The notes beneath the pieces were generated by a model, which saw nothing but the letters and a program-made list of their open reading frames with translations, was not told the origin of the DNA and did not search any database. Positions 27,941-41,622 of a stretch of DNA of 64,000 nt are shown piece after piece; within the stretch, counting starts at the first letter, position 1, and every line of letters begins with the position of its first letter. Origin of the DNA: the human T2T-CHM13v2.0 reference genome, Homo sapiens. A program made the translations under genes and the position numbers. Where the stretch lies: NCBI RefSeq assembly GCF_009914755.1, contig NC_060935.1, one strand, 5' to 3'.

Positions 27941-30900
27941 AAGCATTCTCAAAAACTACTTTGTGATGTTTGTGTTCCACTTCAAGAATTGAACTTTCCT
28001 CTTGACAGAGCAGCTCTGAAAACCTCTTTTTCTAGAATCTGCAAGTGGACATTTGGAGGGCTTTGAGGCCTGTGGTGGAAAAGGAAAATCTTCACATAAA
28101 AACTAGATGGAAGCATTCTCAGAAACTACTTTGTGATGATTGCATTCGACTCACAGAGTTGAACATTCCTATAGATAGAGCAGGTTGTAAACAATCTTTT
28201 TGTAGAAAATGCGATTGGAGATTTGGACTGCTTTGAGGCCTACTGTAGTAAAGGAAATAACTTCATCTAAAAACCAAACGGAAGCATTCACAGACAATAC
28301 TTAGTGATCATTGGATTGAACTAACAGAGCTGAACATTCCTTTAGATGGAGCAGTTTCCAAACACACTTTCTGTAGAATCTGCAAGTGGATATTTGGACT
28401 TCTCTGAGGATTTCGTTGGAAACGGGATAAAATTCCCAGAACTACACGGAAGCATTCTGAGAAACTTCTTTGTAATGTTTGCATTCAACTCACAGAGTTG
28501 AACCTTGCTTTCATAGTTCAGCTTTCAAACACTCTTTTTGTACAATCTGCAAGTGGATATTTGGACCACTTTGTGGCCTTCCTTCGAAACGGGTATATCT
28601 TCATATCAAACCTAGACAGAAGCATTCTCAGAATGTTTCCTGTGATGACTGCATTCAACTCACAGAGGTGAACAATCCTGCTGATGGAGCAGTTTTGAAA
28701 CTCTCTTTCTTTGGATTCTACAAGTGGATATGTGGACGTCTGTGAAGATTTCGTTGGAAACGGGTTCATCTTCACAGAAAAACTAAACAGGAGCATTCTC
28801 AGAAAGTGCTTTGTGATGTTTGTGTTCCACTTCAGGAATTGAACTTTCCTCTTGACAGAGCAGCTCTGAAACCCTCTTTTTCTAGAATCTGCAAGTGGAC
28901 ATTTGGAGGGCTTTGAGGCCTGTGGTGGAAAAGGAAAATCTTCACATAAAAACTAGATGGAAGCATTCTCAGAAACTACTTTGTGATGATTGCATTCGAC
29001 TCACAGAGTTGAACATTCCTATAGATAGAGCAGGTTGTAAACAATCTTTTTGTAGAATCTGCGATTGGAGATTTGGACTGCTTTGAGGCCTACTGTAGTA
29101 GAGGAAATAACTTCATCTAAAAACCAAACGGAAACATTCACAGACAATTCTTAGTGATCATTGCATTGAACTAACAGAGCTGAACATTCCTTTAGATGGA
29201 GCAGTTTCCAAACACACTTTCTGTAGAATCTGCAAGTGGATATTTGGACTTCTCTGAGGATTTCGTTGGAAACGGGATAAACTTCCCAGAACTACACGGA
29301 AGCATTCTGAGAAACTTCTTTGTGATGTTTGCATTCAACTCACAGAGTTGAACCTTGCTTTCATAGTTCAGCTTTCAAACACTCTTTTTGTAGAATCTGC
29401 AAGTGGATATTTGGACCACTTTGTGGCCTTCCTTCGAAACGGGTATATCTTCACATCAAACCTAGACAGAAGCATTCTCAGAATGTTTCCTGTGATGACT
29501 GCATTCAACTCACAGAGGTGAACAATCCTGTTGATGGAGCAGTTTTGAAACTCTCTTTCTTTGGATTCTGCAAGTTGATATGTGGACCTCTGTGAAGATT
29601 TCGTTGGAAACGGGTTCATCTTCACAGAAAAACTAAACAGAATCATTCTCAGAAACTGCTTTGTGATGTTTGTGTTCCACTTCAAGAATTGAACTTTCCT
29701 CTTGACAGAGCAGCTCTGAAACCCTCTTTTTCTAGAATCTGCAAGTGGACATTTGGAGGGCTTTGAGGTCTGTGGTGGAAAAGGAAAATCTTCACATAAA
29801 AACTAGATGGAAGCATTCTCAGAAACTACTTTGTGATGATTGCATTCGACTCACAGAGTTGAACATTCCTATAGATAGAGCAGGTTGTAAACAATCTTTT
29901 TGTAGAATCTGCGATTGGAGATTTGGACTGCTTTGAGGCCTACTGTAGTAAAGGAAATAACTTCATCTAAAAACCAAACGGAAGCATTCACAGACAATTC
30001 TTAGTGATCATTGCATTGAACTAACAGAGCTGAACATTCCTTTAGATGGAGCAGTTTCCAAACCCACTTTCTGTAGAATCTGCAAGTGGATATTTGGACT
30101 TCTCTGAGGATTTCGTTGGAAACGGGATAAACTTCCCAGAACTACAGGGAAGCATTGTGAGAAACTTCTTTGTGATGTTTGCATTCAACTCACAGAGTTG
30201 AACCTTGCTTTCATAGTTCAGCTTTCAAACACTCTTTTTGTAGAATCTGCAAGTGGATATTTGGACCACTTTGTGGCCTTCCTTCGAAACGGGTATATCT
30301 TCACATCAAACCTAGACAGAAGCATTCTCAGAATGTTTCCTGTGAAGACTGCATTCAACTCACAGAGATGAACAATCCTGTTGATGGAGCACTTTGGAAA
30401 CTCTCTTTCTTGGGATTCTGCAAGTTGATATGTGGACCTCTGTGAAGATTTCGTTGGAAACGGGTTCATCTTCACAGAAAAACTAAACAGAAGCATTCTC
30501 AAAAACTACTTTGTGATGTTTGTGTTCCACTTCAAGAATTGAACTTTCCTCTTGACAGAGCAGCTCTGAAAACCTCTTTTTCTAGAATCTGCAAGTGGAC
30601 ATTTGGAGGGCTTTGAGGCCTGTGGTGGAAAAGGAAAATCTTCACATAAAAACTAGATGGAAGCATTCTCAGAAACTACTTTGTGATGATTGCATTCGAC
30701 TCACAGAGTTGAACATTCCTATAGATAGAGCAGGTTGTAAACAATCTTTTTGTAGAAAATGCGATTGGAGATTTGGACTGCTTTGAGGCCTACTGTAGTA
30801 AAGGAAATAACTTCATCTAAAAACCAAACGGAAGCATTCACAGACAATACTTAGTGATCATTGGATTGAACTAACAGAGCTGAACATTCCTTTAGATGGA

Positions 30901-32599
30901 GCAGTTTCCAAACACACTTTCTGTAGAATCTGCAAGTGGATATTTGGACTTCTCTGAGGATTTCGTTGGAAACGGGATAAAATTCCCAGAACTACACGGA
31001 AGCATTCTGAGAAACTTCTTTGTAATGTTTGCATTCAACTCACAGAGTTGAACCTTGCTTTCATAGTTCAGCTTTCAAACACTCTTTTTGTACAATCTGC
31101 AAGTGGATATTTGGACCACTTTGTGGCCTTCCTTCGAAACGGGTATATCTTCATATCAAACCTAGACAGAAGCATTCTCAGAATGTTTCCTGTGATGACT
31201 GCATTCAACTCACAGAGGTGAACAATCCTGCTGATGGAGCAGTTTTGAAACTCTCTTTCTTTGGATTCTACAAGTGGATATGTGGACGTCTGTGAAGATT
31301 TCGTTGGAAACGGGTTCATCTTCACAGAAAAACTAAACAGGAGCATTCTCAGAAAGTGCTTTGTGATGTTTGTGTTCCACTTCAGGAATTGAACTTTCCT
31401 CTTGACAGAGCAGCTCTGAAACCCTCTTTTTCTAGAATCTGCAAGTGGACATTTGGAGGGCTTTGAGGCCTGTGGTGGAAAAGGAAAATCTTCACATAAA
31501 AACTAGATGGAAGCATTCTCAGAAACTACTTTGTGATGATTGCATTCGACTCACAGAGTTGAACATTCCTATAGATAGAGCAGGTTGTAAACAATCTTTT
31601 TGTAGAATCTGCGATTGGAGATTTGGACTGCTTTGAGGCCTACTGTAGTAGAGGAAATAACTTCATCTAAAAACCAAACGGAAACATTCACAGACAATTC
31701 TTAGTGATCATTGCATTGAACTAACAGAGCTGAACATTCCTTTAGATGGAGCAGTTTCCAAACACACTTTCTGTAGAATCTGCAAGTGGATATTTGGACT
31801 TCTCTGAGGATTTCGTTGGAAACGGGATAAACTTCCCAGAACTACACGGAAGCATTCTGAGAAACTTCTTTGTGATGTTTGCATTCAACTCACAGAGTTG
31901 AACCTTGCTTTCATAGTTCAGCTTTCAAACACTCTTTTTGTAGAATCTGCAAGTGGATATTTGGACCACTTTGTGGCCTTCCTTCGAAACGGGTATATCT
32001 TCACATCAAACCTAGACAGAAGCATTCTCAGAATGTTTCCTGTGATGACTGCATTCAACTCACAGAGGTGAACAATCCTGTTGATGGAGCAGTTTTGAAA
32101 CTCTCTTTCTTTGGATTCTGCAAGTTGATATGTGGACCTCTGTGAAGATTTCGTTGGAAACGGGTTCATCTTCACAGAAAAACTAAACAGAATCATTCTC
32201 AGAAACTGCTTTGTGATGTTTGTGTTCCACTTCAAGAATTGAACTTTCCTCTTGACAGAGCAGCTCTGAAACCCTCTTTTTCTAGAATCTGCAAGTGGAC
32301 ATTTGGAGGGCTTTGAGGTCTGTGGTGGAAAAGGAAAATCTTCACATAAAAACTAGATGGAAGCATTCTCAGAAACTACTTTGTGATGATTGCATTCGAC
32401 TCACAGAGTTGAACATTCCTATAGATAGAGCAGGTTGTAAACAATCTTTTTGTAGAATCTGCGATTGGAGATTTGGACTGCTTTGAGGCCTACTGTAGTA
32501 AAGGAAATAACTTCATCTAAAAACCAAACGGAAGCATTCACAGACAATTCTTAGTGATCATTGCATTGAACTAACAGAGCTGAACATTCCTTTAGATGG
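27877..32599 (+). repeat. 3-HOR block repeat (period 2550 bp): 27877-30049 vs 30427-32599
   Basis: Shared markers are GTAGAAAATGCG, CAATACTT, GGACGTC, GAAACATTCA, AATCATT and GAGGTC. Flanking mismatches are at 27876/30426 and 30050/32600. Confidence 0.88.
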
Positions 32600-35500
32600 C
32601 GCAGTTTCCAAACACACTTTCTGTAGAATCTGCAAGTGGATATTTGGACCTCTCTGAGGATTTCGTTGGAAACGGGATAAACTTCCCAGAACTACACGGA
32701 AGCATGCTGAGAAACTTCTTTGTGATGTTTGCATTCAACTCACAGAGTTGAACCTTGCTTTCATAGTTCAGCTTTCAAACACTCTTTTTGTAGAATCTGC
32801 AAGTGGATATTTGGACCACTTTGTGGCCTTCCTTCGAAACGGGTATATCTTCACATCAAACCTAGACAGAAGCATTCTCAGAATGTTTCCTGTGATGACT
32901 GCATTCAACTCACAGAGGTGAACAATCCTGCTGATGGAGCAATTTTGAAACTCTCTTTCTTTGGATTCTGCAAGTTGATATGTGGACCTCTGTGAAGATT
33001 TCGTTGGAAACGGGTTCATCTTCACAGAAAAACTAAACAGAATCATTCTCAGAAACTGCTTTGTGATGTTTGTGTTCCACTTCAAGAATTGAACTTTCCT
33101 CTTGACAGAGCAGCTCTGAAACCCTCTTTTTCTAGAATCTGCAAGTGGACATTTGGAGGGCTTTGAGGTCTGTGGTGGAAAAGGAAAATCTTCACATAAA
33201 AACTAGATGGAAGCATTCTCAGAAACTACTTTGTGATGATTGCATTCGACTCACAGAGTTGAACATTCCTATAGATAGAGCAGGTTGTAAACAATCTTTT
33301 TGTAGAATCTGCGATTGGAGATTTGGACTGCTTTGAGGCCTACTGTAGTAAAGGAAATAACTTCATCTAAAAACCAAACGGAAGCATTCACAGACAATTC
33401 TTAGTGATCATTGCATTGAACTAACAGAGCTGAACATTCCTTTAGATGGAGCAGTTTCCAAACACACTTTCTGTAGAATCTGCAAGTGGATATTTGGACT
33501 TCTCTGAGGATTTCGTTGGAAACGGGATAAACTTCCCAGAACTACACGGAAGCATTGTGAGAAACTTCTTTGTGATGTTTGCATTCAACTCACAGAGTTG
33601 AACCTTGCTTTCATAGTTCAGCTTTCAAACACTCTTTTTGTAGAATCTGCAAGTGGATATTTGGACCACTTTGTGGCCTTCCTTCGAAACGGGTATATCT
33701 TCACATCAAACCTAGACAGAAGCATTCTCAGAATGTTTCCTGTGAAGACTGCATTCAACTCACAGAGATGAACAATCCTGTTGATGGAGCACTTTGGAAA
33801 CTCTCTTTCTTGGGATTCTGCAAGTTGATATGTGGACCTCTGTGAAGATTTCTTTGGAAACGTGTTCATCTTCACAGAAAAACTAAACAGAAGCATTCTC
33901 AAAAACTACTTTGTGATGTTTGTGTTCCACTTCAAGAATTGAACTTTCCTCTTGACAGAGCAGCTCTGAAAACCTCTTTTTCTAGAATCTGCAAGTGGAC
34001 ATTTGGAGGGCTTTGAGGCCTGTGGTGGAAAAGGAAAATCTTCACATAAAAACTAGATGGAAGCATTCTCAGAAACTACTTTGTGATGATTGCATTCGAC
34101 TCACAGAGTTGAACATTCCTATAGATAGAGCAGGTTGTAAACAATCTTTTTGTAGAATCTGCGATTGGAGATTTGGACTGCTTTGAGGCCTACTGTAGTA
34201 GAGGAAATAACTTCATCTAAAAACCAAACGGAAGCATTCACAGACAATTCTTAGTGATCATTGCATTGAACTAACAGAGCTGAACATTCCTTTAGATGGC
34301 GCAGTTTCCAAACACACTTTCTGTAGAATCTGCAAGTGGATATTTGGACCTCTCTGAGGATTTCGTTAGAAACGGGATAAACTTCCCAGAACTACACGGA
34401 AGCATGCTGAGAAACTTCTTTGTGATGTTTGCATTCAACTCACAGAGTTGAACCTTGCTTTCATAGTTCAGCTTTCAAACACTCTTTTTGTAGAATCTGC
34501 AAGTGGATATTTGGACCACTTTGTGGCCTTCCTTCGAAACGGGTATATCTTCACATCAAACCTAGAAAGAAGCATTCTCAGAATGTTTCCTGTGATGACT
34601 GCATTCAACTCATAGAGGTGAACAATCCTGCTGATGGAGCAATTTTGAATCTCTCTTTCTTTGGATTCTGCAAGTGGATATGTGGACCTCTGTGAAGATT
34701 TCGTTGGAAACGGGTTCATCTTCACAGAAAAACTAAACAGAAGCATTCTCAGAAACTGCTTTGTGATGTTTGTGTTCCACTTCAGGAATTGAACTTTCCT
34801 CTTGACAGAGCAGCTCTGAAACCCTCTTATTCTAGAATCTGCAAGTGGACATTTGGAGGGCTTTGAGGCCTGTGGTGGAAAAGGAAAATCTTCACATAAA
34901 AACTAGATGGAAGCATTCTCAGAAACTACTTTGTGATGATTGCATTCGACTCACAGAGTTGAACATTCCTATAGATAGAGCAGGTTGTAAACAATCTTTT
35001 TGTAGAATCTGCGATTGGAGATTTGGACTGCTTTGAGTCCTACTGTAGTAAAGGAAATAACTTCATCTAAAAACCAAACGGAAGCATTCACAGACAATTC
35101 TTAGTGATCATTGCATTGAACTAACAGAGCTGAACATTCCTTTAGATGGAGCAGTTTCCAAACACACTTTCTGTAGAACCTGCAAGTGGATATTTGGACC
35201 TCTCTGAGGATTTCGTTGGAAACGGGATAAACTTCCCAGAACTACACGGAAGCATTGTGAGAAACTTCTTTGTGATGTTTGCATTCAACTCACAGAGTTG
35301 AACCTTCCTTTCATAGTTCAGCTTTCAAACACTCTTTTTGTAGAATCTGCAAGTGGATATTTGGACCACTTTGTGGCCTTCCTTCGAAACGGGTATATCT
35401 TCACATCAAACCTAGACAGAAGCATTCTCAGAATGTTTCCTGTGATGACTGCATTCAACTCACAGAGGTGAACAATCCTGCTGATGGAGCAGTTTTGAAA

Positions 35501-38500
35501 CTCTCTTTCTTTGGATTCTGCAAGTGGATATGAGGACCTCTGTGAAGATTTCGTTGGAAACGGGTTCATCTTCACAGAAAAACTAAACAGAAACATTCTC
35601 ACAAACTGCTTTGTGATGTTTGTGTTCCACTTCAGGAATTGAACTTTCCTCTTGACAGAGCAGCTCTGAAACCCTCTTATTCTAGAATCTGCAAGTGGAC
35701 ATTTGGAGGGCTTTGAGGCCTGTGGTGGAAAAGGAAAATCTTCACATAAAAACTAGATGGAAGCATTCTCAGAAAATACTTTGTGATGATTGCATTCGAC
35801 TCACAGATTTGAACATTCCTATAGATAGAGCAGGTTGTAAACAATCTTTTTGTAGAATCTGCGATTGGAGATTTGGACTGCTTTGAGGCCTACTGTAGTA
35901 AAGGAAATAACTTCATCTAAAAACCAAACGGAAGCATTCACAGACAATTCTTAGTGATCATTGGATTGAACTAACAGAGCTGAACATTCCTTTAGATGGC
36001 GCAGTTTCCAAACACACTTTCTGTAGAATCTGCAAGTGGATATTTGGACTTCTCTGAGGATTTCGTTGGAAACGGGATAAACTTCCCAGAACTACACGGA
36101 AGCATTGTGAGAAACTTCTTTGTGATGTTTGCATTCAACTCACAGAGTTGAAACTTGCTTTCATAGTTCAGCTTTCAAACACTCTTTTTGTAGAATCTGC
36201 AAGTGGATATTTGGACCACTTTTTGGGCTTCCTTCGAAACGGGTATATCTTCACATCAAACCTAGACAGAAACATTCTCAGAATGTTTCCTGTGATGACT
36301 GCATTCAACTCACAGAGGTGAACAATCCTGCTGATGGAGCAGTTTTGAAACTCTCTTTCTTTGGATTCTGCAAGTGGATATGTTGACCTCTGTGAAGATT
36401 TAGTTGGAAACGTGTTCATCTTCACAGAAAAACTAAACAGGAGCATTCTCAGAAACTGCTTTGTGATGTTTGTGTTCCACTTCAAGAATTGAACTTTCCT
36501 CTTGACAGAGCAGCTCTGAAACCCTATTTTTCTACAATATGCAAGTGGACATTTGGAGGGCTTTGAGGCCTGTGGTGGAAAAGGAAAATCTTCACATAAA
36601 AACTAGATGGAAGCATTCTCAGAAACTACTTTGTGATGATTGCATTCGACGCACAGAGTTGAACATTCCTATAGATAGAGCAGGTTGTAAACAATCTTTT
36701 TGTAGAATCTGCGATTGGAGATTTGGACTGCTATGAGGCCTACTGTAGTAAAGGAAATAACTTCATCTAAAAACCAATCGGAAGCATTCACAGACAATTC
36801 TTAGTGATCATTGCATTGAACTAACAGAGCTGAACATTCCTTTAGATGGAGCAGTTTCCAAACCCACTTTCTGTAGAATCTGCAAGTGGATATTTGGACT
36901 TCTCTGAGGATTTCGTTGGAAACGGGATAAAATTCCCAGAACTACACGGAAGCATTCTGAGAAACTTCTTTGTAATGTTTGCATTCAACTCACAGAGTTG
37001 AACCTTGCTTTCATAGTTCAGCTTTCAAACACTCTTTTTGTACAATCTGCAAGTGGATATTTGGACCACTTTGTGGCCTTCCTTCGAAACGGGTATATCT
37101 TCATATCAAACCTAGACAGAAGCATTCTCAGAATGTTTCCTGTGATGACTGCATTCAACTCACAGAGGTGAACAATCCTGCTGATGGAGCAGTTTTGAAA
37201 CTCTCTTTCTTTGGATTCTGCAAGTGGATATGTGGACCTCTGTGAAGATTTCGTTGGAAACGGGTTCATCTTCACAGAAAAACTAAACAGGAGCATTCTC
37301 AGAAAGTGCTTTGTGATGTTTGTGTTCCACTTCAGGAATTGAACTTTCCTCTTGACAGAGCAGCTCTGAAACCCTCTTTTTCTAGAATCTGCAAGTGGAC
37401 ATTTGGAGGGCTTTGAGGCCTGTGGTGGAAAAGGAAAATCTTCACATAAAAACTAGATGGAAGCATTCTCAGAAACTACTTTGTGATGATTGCATTCGAC
37501 TCACAGAGTTGAACATTCCTATAGATAGAGCAGGTTGTAAACAATCTTTTTGTAGAATCTGCGATTGGAGATTTGGACTGCTTTGAGGCCTACTGTAGTA
37601 GAGGAAATAACTTCATCTAAAAACCAAACGGAAGCATTCACAGACAATTCTTAGTGATCATTGCATTGAACTAACAGAGCTGAACATTCCTTTAGATGGA
37701 GCAGTTTCCAAACACACTTTCTGTAGAATCTGCAAGTGGATATTTGGACTTCTCTGAGGATTTCGTTAGAAACGGGATAAACTTCCCAGAACTACACGGA
37801 AGCATTCTGAGAAACTTCTTTGTGATGTTTGCATTCAACTCACAGAGTTGAACCTTGCTTTCATAGTTCAGCTTTCAAACACTCTTTTTGTAGAATCTGC
37901 AAGTGGATATTTGGACCACTTTGTGGCCTTCCTTCGAAACGGGTATATCTTCACATCAAACCTAGACAGAAGCATTCTCAGAATGTTTCCTGTAATGACT
38001 GCATTCAACTCACAGAGGTGAACAATCCTGTTGATGGAGCAGTTTTGAAACTCTCTTTCTTTGGATTCTGCAAGTTGATATGTGGACCTCTGTGAAGATT
38101 TCGTTGGAAACGGGTTCATCTTCACAGAAAAACTAAACAGAATCATTCTCAGAAACTGCTTTGTGATGTTTGTGTTCCACTTCAAGAATTGAACTTTCCT
38201 CTTGACAGAGCAGCTCTGAAACCCTCTTTTTCTAGAATCTGCAAGTGGACATTTGGAGGGCTTTGAGGTCTGTGGTGGAAAAGGAAAATCTTCACATAAA
38301 AACTAGATGGAAGCATTCTCAGAAACTACTTTGTGATGATTGCATTGGACTCACAGAGTTGAACATTCCTATAGATAGAGCAGGTTGTAAACAATCTTTT
38401 TGTAGAATCTGCGATTGGAGATTTGGACTGCTTTGAGGCCTACTGTAGTAAAGGAAATAACTTCATCTAAAAACCAAACGGAAGCATTCACAGACAATTC

Positions 38501-41500
38501 TTAGTGATCATTGCATTGAACTAACAGAGCTGAACATTCCTTTAGATGGAGCAGTTTCCAAACACACTTTCTGTAGAATCTGCAAGTGGATATTTGGACT
38601 TCTCTGAGGATTTCGTTGGAAACGGGATAAACTTCCCAGAACTACACGGAAGCATTGTGAGAAACTTCTTTGTGATGTTTGCATTCAACTCACAGAGTTG
38701 AACCTTGCTTTCATAGTTCAGCTTTCAAACACTCTTTTTGTAGAATCTGCAAGTGCATATTTGGACCACTTTGTGTCCTTCCTTCGAAACGGGTATATCT
38801 TCACATCAAACCTAGACAGAAGCATTCTCAGAATGTTTCCTGTGAAGACTGCATTCAACTCACAGAGATGAACAATCCTGTTGATGGAGCACTTTGGAAA
38901 CTCTCTTTCTTGGGATTCTGCAAGTTGATATGTGGACCTCTCTGAAGATTTCTTTGGAAACGTGTTCATCTTCACAGAAAAACTAAACAGAAGCATTCTC
39001 AAAAACTACTTTGTGATGTTTGTGTTCCACTTCAAGAATTGAACTTTCCTCTTGACAGAGCAGCTCTGAAAACCTCTTTTTCTAGAATCTGCAAATGGAC
39101 ATTTGGAGGGCTTTGAGGCCTGTGGTGGAAAAGGAAAATCTTCACATAAAAACTAGATGGAAGCATTCTCAGAAACTACTTTGTGATGATTGCATTCGAC
39201 TCACAGAGTTGAACATTCCTATAGATAGAGCAGGTTGTAAACAATCTTTTTGTGGAATCTGCGATTGGAGATTTGGACTGCTTTGAGGCCTACTGTAGTA
39301 GAGGAAATAACTTCATCTAAAAACCAAACGGAAGCATTCACAGACAATTCTTAGTGATCATTGCATTGAACTAACAGAGCTGAACATTCCTTTAGATGGC
39401 GCAGTTTCCAAACACACTTTCTGTAGAATCTGCAAGTGGATATTTGGACCTCTCTGAGGATTTCGTTAGAAACGGGATAAACTTCCCAGAACTACACGGA
39501 AGCATGCTGAGAAACTTCTTTGTGATGTTTGCATTCAACTCACAGAGTTGAACCTTGCTTTCATAGTTCAGCTTTCAAACACTCTTTTTGTAGAATCTGC
39601 AAGTGGATATTTGGACCACTTTGTGGCCTTCCTTCGAAACGGGTATATCTTCACATCAAACCTAGACAGAAGCATTCTCAGAATGTTTCCTGTGATGACT
39701 GCATTCAACTCACAGAGGTGAACAATCCTGCTGATGGAGCAATTTTGAAACTCTCTTTCTTTGGATTCTGCAAGTGGATATGTGGACCTCTGTGAAGATT
39801 TCGTTGGAAACGGGTTCATCTTCACAGAAAAACTAAACAGAAGCATTCTCAGAAACTGCTTTGTGATGTTTGTGTTCCACTTCAGGAATTGAACTTTCCT
39901 CTTGACAGAGCAGCTCTGAAACCCTCTTATTCTAGAATCTGCAAGTGGACATTTGGAGGGCTTTGAGGCCTGTGGTGGAAAAGGAAAATCTTCACATAAA
40001 AACTAGATGGAAGCATTCTCAGAAACTACTTTGTGATGATTGCATTCGACTCACAGAGTTGAACATTCCTATAGATAGAGCAGGTTGTAAACAATCTTTT
40101 TGTAGAATCTGCGATTGGAGATTTGGACTGCTTTGAGTCCTACTGTAGTAAAGGAAATAACTTCATCTAAAAACCAAACGGAAGCATTCACAGACAATTC
40201 TTAGTGATCATTGGATTGAACTAACAGAGCTGAACATTCCTTTAGATGGAGCAGTTTCCAAACCCACTTTCTGTAGAATCTGCAAGTGGATATTTGGACT
40301 TCTCTGAGGATTTCGTTGGAAACGGGATAAACTTCCCAGAACTACACGGAAGCATTGTGAGAAACTTCTTTGTGGTGTTTGCATTCAACTCACAGAGTTG
40401 AACCTTGCTTTCATAGTTCAGCTTTCAAACACTCTTTTTGTAGAATCTGCAAGTGGATATTTGGACCACTTTGTGGCCTTCCTTCGAAACGGGTATATCT
40501 TCACATCAAACCTAGACAGAAGCATTCTCAGAATGTTTCCTGTGATGACTGCATTCAACTCACAGAGGTGAACAATCCTGCTGATGGAGCAGTTTTGAAA
40601 CTCTCTTTCTTTGGATTCTACAAGTGGATATGTGGACCTCTGTGAAGATTTCGTTGGAAACGGGTTCATCTTCACAGAAAAACTAAACAGAAGCATTCTC
40701 AGAAACTGCTTTGTGATGTTTGTGTTCCACTTCAAGAATTGAACTTTCCTCTTGACAGAGCAGCTCTGAAACCCTCTTTTTCTAGAATCTGCAAGTGGAC
40801 ATTTGGAGGGCTTTGAGGTCTGTGGTGGAAAAGGAAAATCTTCACATAAAAACTAGATGGAAGCATTCTCAGAAACTACTTTGTGATGATTGCATTCGAC
40901 TCACAGAGTTGAACATTCCTATAGATAGAGCAGGTTGTAAACAATCTTTTTGTAGAATCTGCGATTGGAGATTTGGACTGCTTTGAGGCCTACTGTAGTA
41001 AAGGAAATAACTTCATCTAAAAACCAAACGGAAGCATTCACAGACAATTCTTAGTGATCATTGCATTGAACTAACAGAGCTGAACATTCCTTTAGATGGA
41101 GCAGTTTCCAAACACACTTTCTGTAGAATCTGCAAGTGGATATTTGGACTTCTCTGAGGATTTCGTTGGAAACGGGATAAACTTCCCAGAACTACACGGA
41201 AGCATTGTGAGAAACTTCTTTGTGATGTTTGCATTCAACTCACAGAGTTGAACCTTGCTTTCATAGTTCAGCTTTCAAACACTCTTTTTGTAGAATCTGC
41301 AAGTGGATATTTGGACCACTTTGTGGCCTTCCTTCGAAACGGGTATATCTTCACATCAAACCTAGACAGAAGCATTCTCAGAATGTTTCCTGTGAAGACT
41401 GCATTCAACTCACAGAGATGAACAATCCTGTTGATGGAGCACTTTGGAAACTCTCTTTCTTGGGATTCTGCAAGTTGATATGTGGACCTCTGTGAAGATT

Positions 41501-41622
41501 TCTTTGGAAACGTGTTCATCTTCACAGAAAAACTAAACAGAAGCATTCTCAAAAACTACTTTGTGATGTTTGTGTTCCACTTCAAGAATTGAACTTTCCT
41601 CTTGACAGAGCAGCTCTGAAAA

